Shown here: one piece after another, positions 11,571-20,039 of the stretch
How the letters are laid out: the number at the start of each line of letters is the position of its first letter
Numbering within the stretch: the first letter of the stretch is position 1
From: an uncultured delta proteobacterium
GTDB lineage: Bacteria; Desulfobacterota; Desulfobacteria; Desulfobacterales; JAHEIW01
DNA length: 50,036 nucleotides
Assembly (NCBI GenBank): GCA_963706575.1
Contig: CAVPNL010000016.1
Coordinates: 1-50,036, forward strand
Reading direction: 5' to 3'
Notes under the pieces: model-generated
What the model was told of the DNA's origin: nothing
What the model saw: the letters and a program-made list of their open reading frames with translations, nothing else
Database searches by the model: none
Translations under genes and position numbers: made by a program

Positions 11571-11728
11571 AAGTGCCTAAATTGCCTAAAATGAGCTAAA
11601 GTGCCTAAAGTTATGGTGTCGCTCGCGCAGCGCAGGCGTTTGCGCCGCGTGTTGCTCCATCTTTTATATAAAGGACAGAATTCCTTAACTTTAGTCACTT
11701 TAGATCACTTCTAACTTTAGTGCACTTG
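11571..11728. repeat. Hairpin repeat family R2 (TGCCTAAA/TTTAG-CACT arms), copy 1
   Basis: Tandem GCCTAAA units inverted against ACTTTAG units; the core matches the reverse complement of the copy at 49935-50036. Confidence 0.7.
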
Positions 11729-11742
11729 TTAAGATAGCTCCC

Positions 11743-12429
11743 ATGATTATATCCACCAACCAACCTTACTTCTCTCCATTTCCGGGTTTCTTTTATAAAG
11801 CGCATTTATCAGATGTTTTTGTTATTCTCGATAACGTCCAGTTTCCCCGGGGCACAACCTGGATCAGCCGCAATCGCTTTAAAAACGATCAGGGAACATT
11901 GTGGTTGACCGTTCCGGTATGGAAAAAGGGATTGGGTTTGCAGCGGATTCATGAAGTCAGGATTTGTCATGAGTTTCGCTGGGTCTCCAAACACCTGGCA
12001 AGTCTTAAAGCTGCCTATGCCAAAGCACCGTTTTTTGGCGAGCATCTGCCCTTTATTGAAAACACCTATTGGGCACGATTTGAAAAACTGATCGAATTCA
12101 ATCTGGCGTTCATCCGCTATTTATTCCGGCAGCTTAAAATTGAAACCGAGATCAAATTACTATCCGAACTCGGAATTCAGACCGCGGGCAATCAGATGCT
12201 GGTTGACATCTGCCAACGCCTGGGGGCTTCAGCCTATCTGGCACAGCATGCTGCGGCAAAATATCTGGATTGCGGCCCCTTTCAACAAGGAGGCATTGAG
12301 ATTCAACTCATCAAACCACCTGCCTGCGTTTATCCACAGCTATGGGGCGCTTTTGCTCCCAACTTATCGACCTTTGATCTGCTCTTCAATTGCGGCCCCA
12401 AAGCACATGATATCTTGACTGCAGCTTAA
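11743..12429 (+). CDS. WbqC-family protein
   Basis: QPYFSPFPGFFYK, FVILDNVQF, RNR, WLTVPV, YPQLWGAFAPNLSTFDLLFNCG. Confidence 0.88.
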   Translation: MIISTNQPYFSPFPGFFYKAHLSDVFVILDNVQFPRGTTWISRNRFKNDQGTLWLTVPVWKKGLGLQRIHEVRICHEFRWVSKHLASLKAAYAKAPFFGEHLPFIENTYWARFEKLIEFNLAFIRYLFRQLKIETEIKLLSELGIQTAGNQMLVDICQRLGASAYLAQHAAAKYLDCGPFQQGGIEIQLIKPPACVYPQLWGAFAPNLSTFDLLFNCGPKAHDILTAA

Positions 12430-12473
12430 ACCTTATCTGCCCTATTCAAATAACTGTCATACGAATTTGTTTA

Positions 12474-12491
12474 TTTTGACATAAGTCAAAT
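12474..12491. promoter_or_regulatory. Crp/Fnr-family (HcpR-like) operator candidate
   Basis: Palindrome ttTTGAC-ataa-GTCAAat upstream of the hemerythrin gene. Confidence 0.5.
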
Positions 12492-12724
12492 ACCTTTTGA
12501 TGTGGACGCATTAAAAATACAGTGGGTAAAAACCTTTATTTAACGCCTTATTGATGACCTGGATCTACCAATGTACTCCAACGAGAGTTGATCGAACTTG
12601 CCCAGCCCCCGCTGCTAACCTGATATGCTGATTGTCATGATTGTGACTTTTGGGTTGTCGCAACAAATTGGCTCAATACTTTTTGAACCTTTGAATCGAG
12701 CCAGATGAGCCGGAAGGAAACGAC

Positions 12725-13288
12725 ATGAAGGCAACCGAAATCTTGACCCGGGAACACACGCTGATCCTGCAGGCACTCAAGAGTCTTTCCCGGGCGCAAA
12801 AAAAGATCGAAGAAAACCAGCAATTGCCGAAAGACTTTTTTGCAAAAGCACTGGTGTTTTTGCGAGAATTTGCCGATCAATTTCATCATTTCAAAGAAGA
12901 ATATTTAATGTTTGGCCTCCTGGCGCTCAAGAAAGATGGGGCTTTTGATGGCCCGATCGGTAGTCTCAGGTTTCAGCACGAAAGATGCCGGGCCTGTATC
13001 GATGAAATTTCAAATTCCCTCGATGGCTATGCCGATCGAGACGAAATTGCAACCACAAGACTGCTGGAAAACCTGGCAGCCTACATTTCACTGTTACGAA
13101 GACACATTTACGAAGAGGATCATATATTTTTTAAAATGGCCGAAGAAGAGCTTTCGAAAGAAGAAGAAGACATCCTTTCGGTTCAATTTAAAAAAGAAGA
13201 TCAAAAGATGGGTGCTCAAACCTTTTATGAGCAGAACCGCAAATTGTTGGATGAGATGCAGGCGCTGCTTAACGGCGAAGATCTTTAG
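12725..13288 (+). CDS. Hemerythrin (HHE) domain protein
   Basis: LTREH, HHFKEE, QHE, HIYEED iron-ligand pattern. Confidence 0.88.
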   Translation: MKATEILTREHTLILQALKSLSRAQKKIEENQQLPKDFFAKALVFLREFADQFHHFKEEYLMFGLLALKKDGAFDGPIGSLRFQHERCRACIDEISNSLDGYADRDEIATTRLLENLAAYISLLRRHIYEEDHIFFKMAEEELSKEEEDILSVQFKKEDQKMGAQTFYEQNRKLLDEMQALLNGEDL

Positions 13289-13308
13289 AAGTGGTTTCAA
13301 AACCCCAT
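13286..13308. mobile_element. Isolated left end of the AGAAGTGGTTTCAAAACC MITE subfamily
   Basis: AGAAGTGGTTTCAAAACCCCAT (22 nt) is identical to 22461-22482 and spans the whole intergenic gap. Confidence 0.6.
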
Positions 13309-14761
13309 GAAAAGACAAAATTGCTGGGAATATATGAAATGCGGACGTCAGCCCGGAGGTGATAAAGCAGACGAACTGGGGGTTTGTCCGGCGGCTGACG
13401 ATCGCTCATACGATGGGATTAATTGCGGCCAGAATGCAGGCCGGTTTTGCTGGGCCGTAGCGGGGACTTTTTGTGGTGGAAAGGTCCAAGGCACATTTGC
13501 CGATAAACGCGAATCCTGCCTCAGCTGTGGTTTTTTTAATAAGGTGCGGGCCGAAGAAGGGACGGCCAATCTGCGAACCAAATTCCTGCGTTTTATTTCA
13601 GAAGACGCCGACGGTCCCGTTTTTAAAAACATGCGTTATGAGCATATCCCGGCCGGCAAACGATTTATAACCCAGGGGCAGGAAGGAGATGCGGCCTATA
13701 TCATCCAGAGGGGCTCCTGCCAGATGATTGTGGAAAAAGACGGCAAATTTCATCCTGTGGGGCATCGCGGCGAAGGCGATATTGTCGGTGTCATGGCCAT
13801 CCTAACCGGCGAGCCCCGCAGCGCCCATGTCGAGGCCGAAACCGATATGGAAGTGTGGGTTTTAAAACGGGATCAATTCGAACATATCTCAAAGGAGCAA
13901 CCGGGCCTGTTAAGCTTTCTGACGGAGCTGGTGGCCGATCGATTTGATTCCAGAAGGCCGATTGCTGATCGTACCATCGGAAAATATGTGGCCACCGATA
14001 TCATCGGCCGCGGCGGATTCAGCATCATTTACAAAGGCATCCATCCAGGGTGGAATTTGCCCGTGGCCATTAAAATGATGCGGCACGATCTGGCCATGGA
14101 CCCCGATTTTTTAGCCACATTTCGCAACGAAGCCAAAACCATTGCCGGTCTGGACCATGAAAACATCATCAAGGTTTACGACATTGAAGAGCGGTTTCAG
14201 ACTGTTTTTTTAATCATGGAATATCTTGAAGGCGAAACGTTGAATAAAATGCTCAAACGCCTGAAAATCATTCCGCCAGGTTTAGCCGTCCACTATTTAA
14301 TTCAAATCTGTTCCGGCCTTCAATATGCGCACAGCCGCGGCATTATCCACCGCGATATCAATTCCTCAAACCTCCTCATCCAGCCAGACGATCAATTAAA
14401 AATTCTGGACTTCGGGCTGGCCTGCCCGATCGGGACGCATGATTTCAACTCTTTCGGTACCCTGGCTTATATGGCACCGGAACAGATTCGAGGTGATCCG
14501 ATGGATCAGCGCACCGACATCTTTGCTCTGGGTATTACCGCTTATGAAATGCTTGTTGGGCGGAGACCGTTTCCCGAGGAAGATGCGCAGGCTCTGGAGG
14601 AAATGCATCTGAATCATGATATTCCGGATCCGGAGGCAAGCGTTGCGGATCTGCCCAAAGGCCTGCGGCGCTTCATCATCAAATCCTGCCAGCGCGATCC
14701 CGGCCTCCGATATGACGATTTCAATCAGGTCCAGGTCGATTTAAAGCGCATCGCCTTTTGA
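13307..14761 (+). CDS. Cys-rich two-CW-like domain + cNMP-binding domain + Ser/Thr protein kinase
   Basis: NCWEYMKC...CPAA...CWAVAGTFC...CLSC; GDIVGVMAILTGEPRSAHV (cNMP); GRGGFS, VAIK, HRDIN, DFG, YMAPE. Confidence 0.85.
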   Translation: MKRQNCWEYMKCGRQPGGDKADELGVCPAADDRSYDGINCGQNAGRFCWAVAGTFCGGKVQGTFADKRESCLSCGFFNKVRAEEGTANLRTKFLRFISEDADGPVFKNMRYEHIPAGKRFITQGQEGDAAYIIQRGSCQMIVEKDGKFHPVGHRGEGDIVGVMAILTGEPRSAHVEAETDMEVWVLKRDQFEHISKEQPGLLSFLTELVADRFDSRRPIADRTIGKYVATDIIGRGGFSIIYKGIHPGWNLPVAIKMMRHDLAMDPDFLATFRNEAKTIAGLDHENIIKVYDIEERFQTVFLIMEYLEGETLNKMLKRLKIIPPGLAVHYLIQICSGLQYAHSRGIIHRDINSSNLLIQPDDQLKILDFGLACPIGTHDFNSFGTLAYMAPEQIRGDPMDQRTDIFALGITAYEMLVGRRPFPEEDAQALEEMHLNHDIPDPEASVADLPKGLRRFIIKSCQRDPGLRYDDFNQVQVDLKRIAF

Positions 14762-14769
14762 TCCATCTC

Positions 14770-16236
14770 TTAGAATTGATCGCCAATCGACAATTGTTTG
14801 CCTGCTTTTCTCTTTGGAAAATTGTTTTTTATATAATGTTGCAGATCATCCAATAATTTCTTCTGTTGGCTGTCGAGGTTGCCGGATTTTTTGAAGCGCC
14901 CGATTTCTGCCAACGCGGCTGATGGTGTCGTCCGGGGCACCTCCCGGTAATCGAGGATGGCATCGTCTTCCAGCGCCGGGTTTATCCGGCGCAGATAGGC
15001 CGCAAATTCAGCGGCCAAATCCGGCGATATCTGCTGCGGATAGTTTCGGCAGAGCAATCGGACGGCCAGCGTGCGGGCATCCTGGCTTTTGAAACGGTTG
15101 GCGATGGCTTCTTTTTCGTCCAGCGCTGCGGTTTGAAATTCCTTGAATAATTTTTCATCGGAACGGGTGAAAAAACCGATCTGATACAGGCCGGCGTCAG
15201 GATCCAGATTCGGAATAAATGGATAGGCGTATTCCCGGTGGTAATTTGCAATTTGCTGAAATATTAAGGGGTTGGATTGCAACCAGTTTAGATTTTCAGC
15301 AACGACGGACTTGCGGTCATCGCCTAAAAACTTCATATATCGTTGATTGGGCGGCAGTAAAATTCCGGGTTCGCCGTATCGTTTGCGCACAATCCATGTG
15401 GTTTCAGCCATGGCGTCGGCCTTTGTTTCTCTGAGTTCCGGCAGATCAAGCCGCAGCCACAGGGTTTGATTTGAATAGGGGATCGAGTTTCCAATGGAAA
15501 GCACGGGTATTTGATACATTTGCCCGGGGCCGTATTCACTGCTCACCATCAATCCCCTGCGGTGTTCTCCCAGCACACTTTGAAAGGCGGCCGGAATATC
15601 GGCGATCCGATGCGCATCCGTCTCTTTTTCAAAATAACCCATCAGATAATTCCACATTTTCTGGTTTTTGAAAAACCTGCGAGCCAACTCCACGGTGGCG
15701 GCCACATCGACGGTGGCATCATGCGCGGGGCCGCTGGCAAGCTGATTGGCTTCCCGGATATGTTCCAGTTTCAAAGACAGTTTGGATTGAATCTGGGGCC
15801 AGTTGATGACCTTCCGTTTGTAAAGCCAAAACATGACGGCGATGGGGAGCAGATCCATTCGACGGCAGCCGTTTTGGAACTGATGGGTGTAAGGAGGCAG
15901 CAGATTGCGATGAAATGAAAACCGCAAAAATTCATCATCAAAGCCCAGGGAGTTATATCCCAGGCTGATGGTTTCGCGCTGGTTCATTAATTCATGGATT
16001 TGGCGAATCGCTTCAAATTCACACAGGCCGGATGCTAAATCCGCCACCGACAGGCGGTTTGTAATCATTGCGCCGGGCGATGGAATCACATCCGGGCGCA
16101 GCTTAACCCTGAGCGTATGGCGTTCAATTTCATTCAGCTGCCGGTCTGTGCGGATTGCGGCAAACTGCAGAATCTGGTCAAAGGCTTTATTCAGCCCGGT
16201 CGTTTCGATATCGTAGAAGAGATATGTCTTTTTCAT
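14770..16236 (-). CDS. sbcB: Exodeoxyribonuclease I
   Basis: FYDIETTG, QFAAIRTD, GYNSLGFDDEF, SLKLEH, AHDATVDV (DEDDh motifs); ExoI-like length. Confidence 0.82.
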   Translation of the reverse strand: MKKTYLFYDIETTGLNKAFDQILQFAAIRTDRQLNEIERHTLRVKLRPDVIPSPGAMITNRLSVADLASGLCEFEAIRQIHELMNQRETISLGYNSLGFDDEFLRFSFHRNLLPPYTHQFQNGCRRMDLLPIAVMFWLYKRKVINWPQIQSKLSLKLEHIREANQLASGPAHDATVDVAATVELARRFFKNQKMWNYLMGYFEKETDAHRIADIPAAFQSVLGEHRRGLMVSSEYGPGQMYQIPVLSIGNSIPYSNQTLWLRLDLPELRETKADAMAETTWIVRKRYGEPGILLPPNQRYMKFLGDDRKSVVAENLNWLQSNPLIFQQIANYHREYAYPFIPNLDPDAGLYQIGFFTRSDEKLFKEFQTAALDEKEAIANRFKSQDARTLAVRLLCRNYPQQISPDLAAEFAAYLRRINPALEDDAILDYREVPRTTPSAALAEIGRFKKSGNLDSQQKKLLDDLQHYIKNNFPKRKAGKQLSIGDQF

Positions 16237-16295
16237 TGTCGACTGCTTTTAGGGAAAGTGCCATCAGAGCTTGACCCTGTGGGCCAGGAATTTTT

Positions 16296-16439
16296 AGAAC
16301 CCATCTCAAAAATGTCTTTTGGCCCAATATCTTTGTTGGTGCTTCGCTTCAAATCCTCGACATACAACAGTATGCCTCCGGTTTGAAACTCAGCCCCGCC
16401 TCGATCTTGAACCAAAATCCTATTTTTGAGATGGGTTCT
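16296..16439. mobile_element. ERIC-like MITE, copy 2 (144 bp)
   Basis: Perfect 18-bp TIR AGAACCCATCTCAAAAAT; core TTCGCTTCAAA..ACATAC-aaca-GTATG.CTCCG..CGCCT related to copy 1. Confidence 0.72.
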
Positions 16440-16579
16440 GCTGTAAGTTCATCTTCTGAACTCAATTTGTCAAGTTCAAAGATGCCTGCAGGATGGCGAA
16501 GGGCAGGGGAAGGGTTAGACGATACAACACCTGAGCCGGTGTGGCGTCCCGTTAAAATTCATTGTTGCAACCCAGTGCC

Positions 16580-17770
16580 TCAGTTGGCCGTTATGGATAA
16601 TTCAGTGGCCTCGTAACCAAATTCGCCCAGCAGGCTTCTGGAGGTTTTTACGATCTCATCCGGGCGCAGTTTGGTTTCGACATAGATGTCGGAACCTTTA
16701 ATTTTTTCCGGAATCCGCAATTGATCCGAGTAACGCGAGAAATAGGTTTTATCCTCGCCTGAAATCCACAGAACTTTTTCAAAATCCTTCGAATGGATGG
16801 CTGCAAAATAGTCGCAAAGGCCGGTCAGCAGATCTTCCCAGTAGCGGACCGGATTGGTTTTGCCGTTAAACGTGTATGATTTGATTTCTTTGTCGATGTA
16901 GCTTTCCGGTTTATTCAATGTTTTTTGGGACTTGGGCTCAGAAACGTCAGAAACGTTTAGTTTGGGCTCAGAAACGTCAGAAGCGTTTAGTTTGGGCGCA
17001 GAAACGTCAGAAACGTTTAGTGACTTTTTTTTCGTCAGGCTTGAAACTTCAATCACTTTAGGAGGAGGTGCCGAGCTGGTTGTCGGGCGGCTGGTGACCA
17101 GCCATTTGTCTAGATGTTTTTCTAAAAATCGTTCGACCAGCTTCGCCTCTACCCTGCACCCGCAAATTTTTTCAGTACTTTCTCTTAATAGTTCCACAAA
17201 TATCATATTGGGCTGTGAGATGATCTTGTTCCAGGCCTCAGGAATCACATTTGATGCCATTTTTTGGTTTTTATTCTGGTTCAGGGCCTTGGCAGCCTTT
17301 AATGCCTGACCCTTGACGACTGTATTTTTGCTGAGCAAATCGATTAATTGGGAAACAAAGGTATCTTCATTTTGTTTTAAGAGATCGACTGAATAAAACC
17401 ATTTTTCCTGTGAGTTTCCGGCTGATTTTGGCAGATAAAACCACCACAGGACGCCGTTGGTCAAAATTGAAATGTCAACATTTTCACTGGATGCAAAGTT
17501 TAGCAAAGGCTTTTGATGATTATCCAGTTTTTCATGGACCCGCTTGACTTCAATGAATATTTTATTGGCGTTCTTGGCCCGCAAGGCATAGGTGACGCTG
17601 TGAGAATTGACGGAATAGTCCGGATAAACTTCGTCGACATTGAAGATGTCCCAGCCTAAAAATGAAAACAATCTCAGGACCACCGCCTGCTTGGTAGAGG
17701 CCTCATCAAATGTCTCCAGTTTTTTATTCGATTTCAAATCCTTAATAAAGGTCGCAATCTCTTTTTTCAT
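16580..17770 (-). CDS. Type I restriction HsdR-N-like (PD-D/ExK) domain, repeat linker and putative SeqA-like C-terminal DNA-binding domain
   Basis: DEASTKQAVVLRLFSFLGWDIFN.DEVYP, FIEVKR, LTNGVLWWFY; C-terminal GEDKTYFSR..LRIPEKIKGSDIYVET; RBS GAGG before ATG 17770. Confidence 0.65.
   Translation of the reverse strand: MKKEIATFIKDLKSNKKLETFDEASTKQAVVLRLFSFLGWDIFNVDEVYPDYSVNSHSVTYALRAKNANKIFIEVKRVHEKLDNHQKPLLNFASSENVDISILTNGVLWWFYLPKSAGNSQEKWFYSVDLLKQNEDTFVSQLIDLLSKNTVVKGQALKAAKALNQNKNQKMASNVIPEAWNKIISQPNMIFVELLRESTEKICGCRVEAKLVERFLEKHLDKWLVTSRPTTSSAPPPKVIEVSSLTKKKSLNVSDVSAPKLNASDVSEPKLNVSDVSEPKSQKTLNKPESYIDKEIKSYTFNGKTNPVRYWEDLLTGLCDYFAAIHSKDFEKVLWISGEDKTYFSRYSDQLRIPEKIKGSDIYVETKLRPDEIVKTSRSLLGEFGYEATELSITAN
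16931..17020. repeat. Coding tandem repeat, 3 x 30 bp (LN[VA]SDVS[AE]PK)
   Basis: Three near-identical 30-bp units directly visible. Confidence 0.9.
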
Positions 17771-18000
17771 GCTGTCCTCAAATATCAAGATATTAAATTT
17801 CAATTTTCTTTCACAATGGTTGTATAGTCCTATATCGGCCCGCAGCAGAGCAGACTTGAACGAAATTATTATAGCATAGCGATATTTTTGGGATACTTAC
17901 CCGGCTTGCGGCAGGCCTTTTTGAGGGCAGGAATGGACAATGAACGGTCGGTTCGTGGGTGAAAATAATTAAAGCGAAACGGCTCCACGGCCGATAATAC

Positions 18001-18041
18001 TAGAAGCCATCTCAAAAATGTCTTTTGGCCCAATATCTTTG
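18001..18041. mobile_element. Truncated left end of the copy-2 MITE subfamily
   Basis: TAGAAGCCATCTCAAAAATGTCTTTTGGCCCAATATCTTTG is nearly identical to 16295-16335. Confidence 0.65.
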
Positions 18042-18075
18042 GAATGAGATGATAACTCCTGGAAACGAAAGCAGA

Positions 18076-18279
18076 ATGATGAAAATTAAATTGTTGGTAA
18101 TCAGTGCCGTGATTTTTTTGCTACTGGGGTGGAACACCAAAGATGGGGTATTGTTTTTTTTCTTCGCTGTTCATCTTTTCACCCTGACCATTGGCCATTT
18201 CCTTTCCAAATATGACCAAAAGCGCCACCCGAACCTGACTCTTGAAACGCTTCCCGTCTCCGATTCTTCAGAATCTTAG
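18076..18279 (+). CDS. Possible small membrane protein
   Basis: Two hydrophobic stretches; no recognisable family and weak RBS. Confidence 0.3.
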   Translation: MMKIKLLVISAVIFLLLGWNTKDGVLFFFFAVHLFTLTIGHFLSKYDQKRHPNLTLETLPVSDSSES

Positions 18280-18449
18280 CCGTCAGGCTCCCCCAAAATT
18301 GGACTTATCGTACGCCAGCTTGCGGCCATCAAACGGACGCATGTGCGGTCTCGCCTGAATATCACCGGGGAGTGATCAAGTAACCTGGATTTTTCACACC
18401 CATTTTTTGATAGCCCTGCATAAACTTCCGTTCTATAATTAAATGCATC

Positions 18450-19058
18450 ATGCGATTTCGCAAACAAAAAGAAACCTCCTATTTAGCGGATCCGGACGTT
18501 GAATGCATGCTTGAGGTAAAAAAAGGCGATCGCGATGCCTTTGAAATTCTGATGCGCAAATATTATGCGCGTATCCTAAATTTTGTCTATCGATTCCTGG
18601 GCAACCGACAGCTAGCAGAAGATCTTACCCAGGACATATTTATGAAGGTCTATAAAAGTGCCCGGCGCTATCGACCCCGATCAAAATTTCAAACCTGGCT
18701 GTATACCATCGCCAAAAATTCCTGTTTAAATGAGCTGCGGCGGAATCGGGGGCAAATGGTATCATTCGATGAGCCCTCCACATCCGATGAGCGTGTGTTA
18801 AAAAAAGAGATTTCCGATCCCCATGCCGATCCTGCCAGGGATTTTCTGCGAAGGGAAAAAAAGGCGCTGATCCAGGCCGCGATCAATGATTTGCCTGAAA
18901 ATCAACGTATAGCGGTGATTTTAAGACGTTATGAGAGTTTTTCTTACGCTGAAATTGCTGCAACCCTGAATGTGACCGACAAGGCTGTAAAATCACTTTT
19001 AAGCCGCGCCAAGGTGAATCTCAAAAACAAATTGGCAGGCGCCGTCGATCTGGATTAG
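18450..19058 (+). CDS. ECF RNA polymerase sigma factor
   Basis: AEDLTQDIFMKVY, FQTWLYTIAKN (region 2); LPENQR...SYAEIA...VKSLLSRA (region 4). Confidence 0.93.
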   Translation: MRFRKQKETSYLADPDVECMLEVKKGDRDAFEILMRKYYARILNFVYRFLGNRQLAEDLTQDIFMKVYKSARRYRPRSKFQTWLYTIAKNSCLNELRRNRGQMVSFDEPSTSDERVLKKEISDPHADPARDFLRREKKALIQAAINDLPENQRIAVILRRYESFSYAEIAATLNVTDKAVKSLLSRAKVNLKNKLAGAVDLD

Positions 19059-19101
19059 GTTGTGACAAATGAAATTTCTGTTATTTGACCCAAAATTTTT
19101 T

Positions 19102-19179
19102 ACCACGAAAACACGAAAACGGAAAAGCACGAAAATTGTATTTTGATTTCGTGTTTTCCCTCTTTCGTGCTTTCGTGAT
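19102..19179. repeat. Hairpin of tandem CACGAAA/TTTCGTG units
   Basis: Three CACGAAA units inverted against three TTTCGTG units, between sigma and anti-sigma genes. Confidence 0.7.
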
Positions 19180-19253
19180 AATTTTTACCTGGCTGGCTCT
19201 CTTCCAAAACCGTTGAAATTGGAAGGAACGACCGTAACTTTATTGTTTAGTGC

Positions 19254-19281
19254 GAAACTTTTTAGTTTGTCGGGTGTTTAA
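19254..19281 (+). promoter_or_regulatory. Candidate ECF promoter for the anti-sigma operon
   Basis: GAAAC-N17-GTT spacing about 20 nt upstream of the anti-sigma ATG; short motif, could be chance. Confidence 0.3.
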
Positions 19282-19301
19282 AAGATTGGAGACATAGAAC
19301 C

Positions 19302-19808
19302 ATGGATTGTCATGAAATAAAAAAACTGATTCCGCTTTATTTAGATCATGAGCTGAATGCCGCCGATGATCAGCAGGTCGAAGGGCATCTGTTAAACTGC
19401 GCGGATTGCCGGTCGGAAGCCCGGGCCATCGAACAATCTTGGGATCTGCTTGGTGAAATAAAAGCAGTAGAACCGGATCCCAACTATCTGGTTCGTTTCT
19501 GGCAATCAGTTGACGCCCAGACGCCCTGGTATGCCAACGTGTATAAGAATGTTCAGGCAGTTTTTCTGCAGCGGCGCTGGGTTCCGGCACTGGCCGGGGC
19601 GGTCATCGTTGTACTGGTCAGTACGATCGCAACGGTACAATATCTACAAAAGCCGCAGGCAGTAGATGTTTTGGCTGAGCTTGATGAAGCCGAAATGGAG
19701 ATGGTCGCCAACATCGATCTGGCGGAACATTTTGAGGTTATCCACGAATTAGATTTTTTTTCGGATTTTGAAATCATCGAAAACCTGAGCGGTCTTGAGA
19801 CCTTATAA
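19302..19808 (+). CDS. Zinc-binding (zf-HC2) transmembrane anti-sigma factor
   Basis: MDCHEI...YLDHEL...HLLNCADC, one TM helix, acidic C-terminal tail. Confidence 0.88.
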   Translation: MDCHEIKKLIPLYLDHELNAADDQQVEGHLLNCADCRSEARAIEQSWDLLGEIKAVEPDPNYLVRFWQSVDAQTPWYANVYKNVQAVFLQRRWVPALAGAVIVVLVSTIATVQYLQKPQAVDVLAELDEAEMEMVANIDLAEHFEVIHELDFFSDFEIIENLSGLETL

Positions 19809-19835
19809 ATTTGGATTCATTTAACAGGCGCTTTC

Positions 19836-20039
19836 ATGTTTTTTAAAAAATTAATCTCTGGAATTACGATATTTCTCTTTGTGAATGGGGGTGCCGGCTT
19901 CGCCCAGGAAGATGAAATTTCAGATGATGATTTAGAAATCATTCAAATTTTAGAAATTTTGGAAAATCTGGATTTATTAGAAGAGGATATTGATCTCCTG
20001 GAAACCATGACAGAAATAGGAGATGAAGATGAAAACTAG
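19836..20039 (+). CDS. Small secreted acidic protein
   Basis: Signal-peptide-like N-terminus ending GFA; very D/E-rich mature part; in the operon. Confidence 0.65.
   Translation: MFFKKLISGITIFLFVNGGAGFAQEDEISDDDLEIIQILEILENLDLLEEDIDLLETMTEIGDEDEN

Noticed and set aside
11743..12429. WbqC as the marker of an O-antigen locus
   Set aside because: No glycosyltransferase or sugar-nucleotide genes nearby; orphan gene
14770..17770. sbcB plus nuclease-like gene as an anti-phage defence island
   Set aside because: sbcB is a normal housekeeping exonuclease, the genes are separated by a MITE, and there are no other defence or mobility genes
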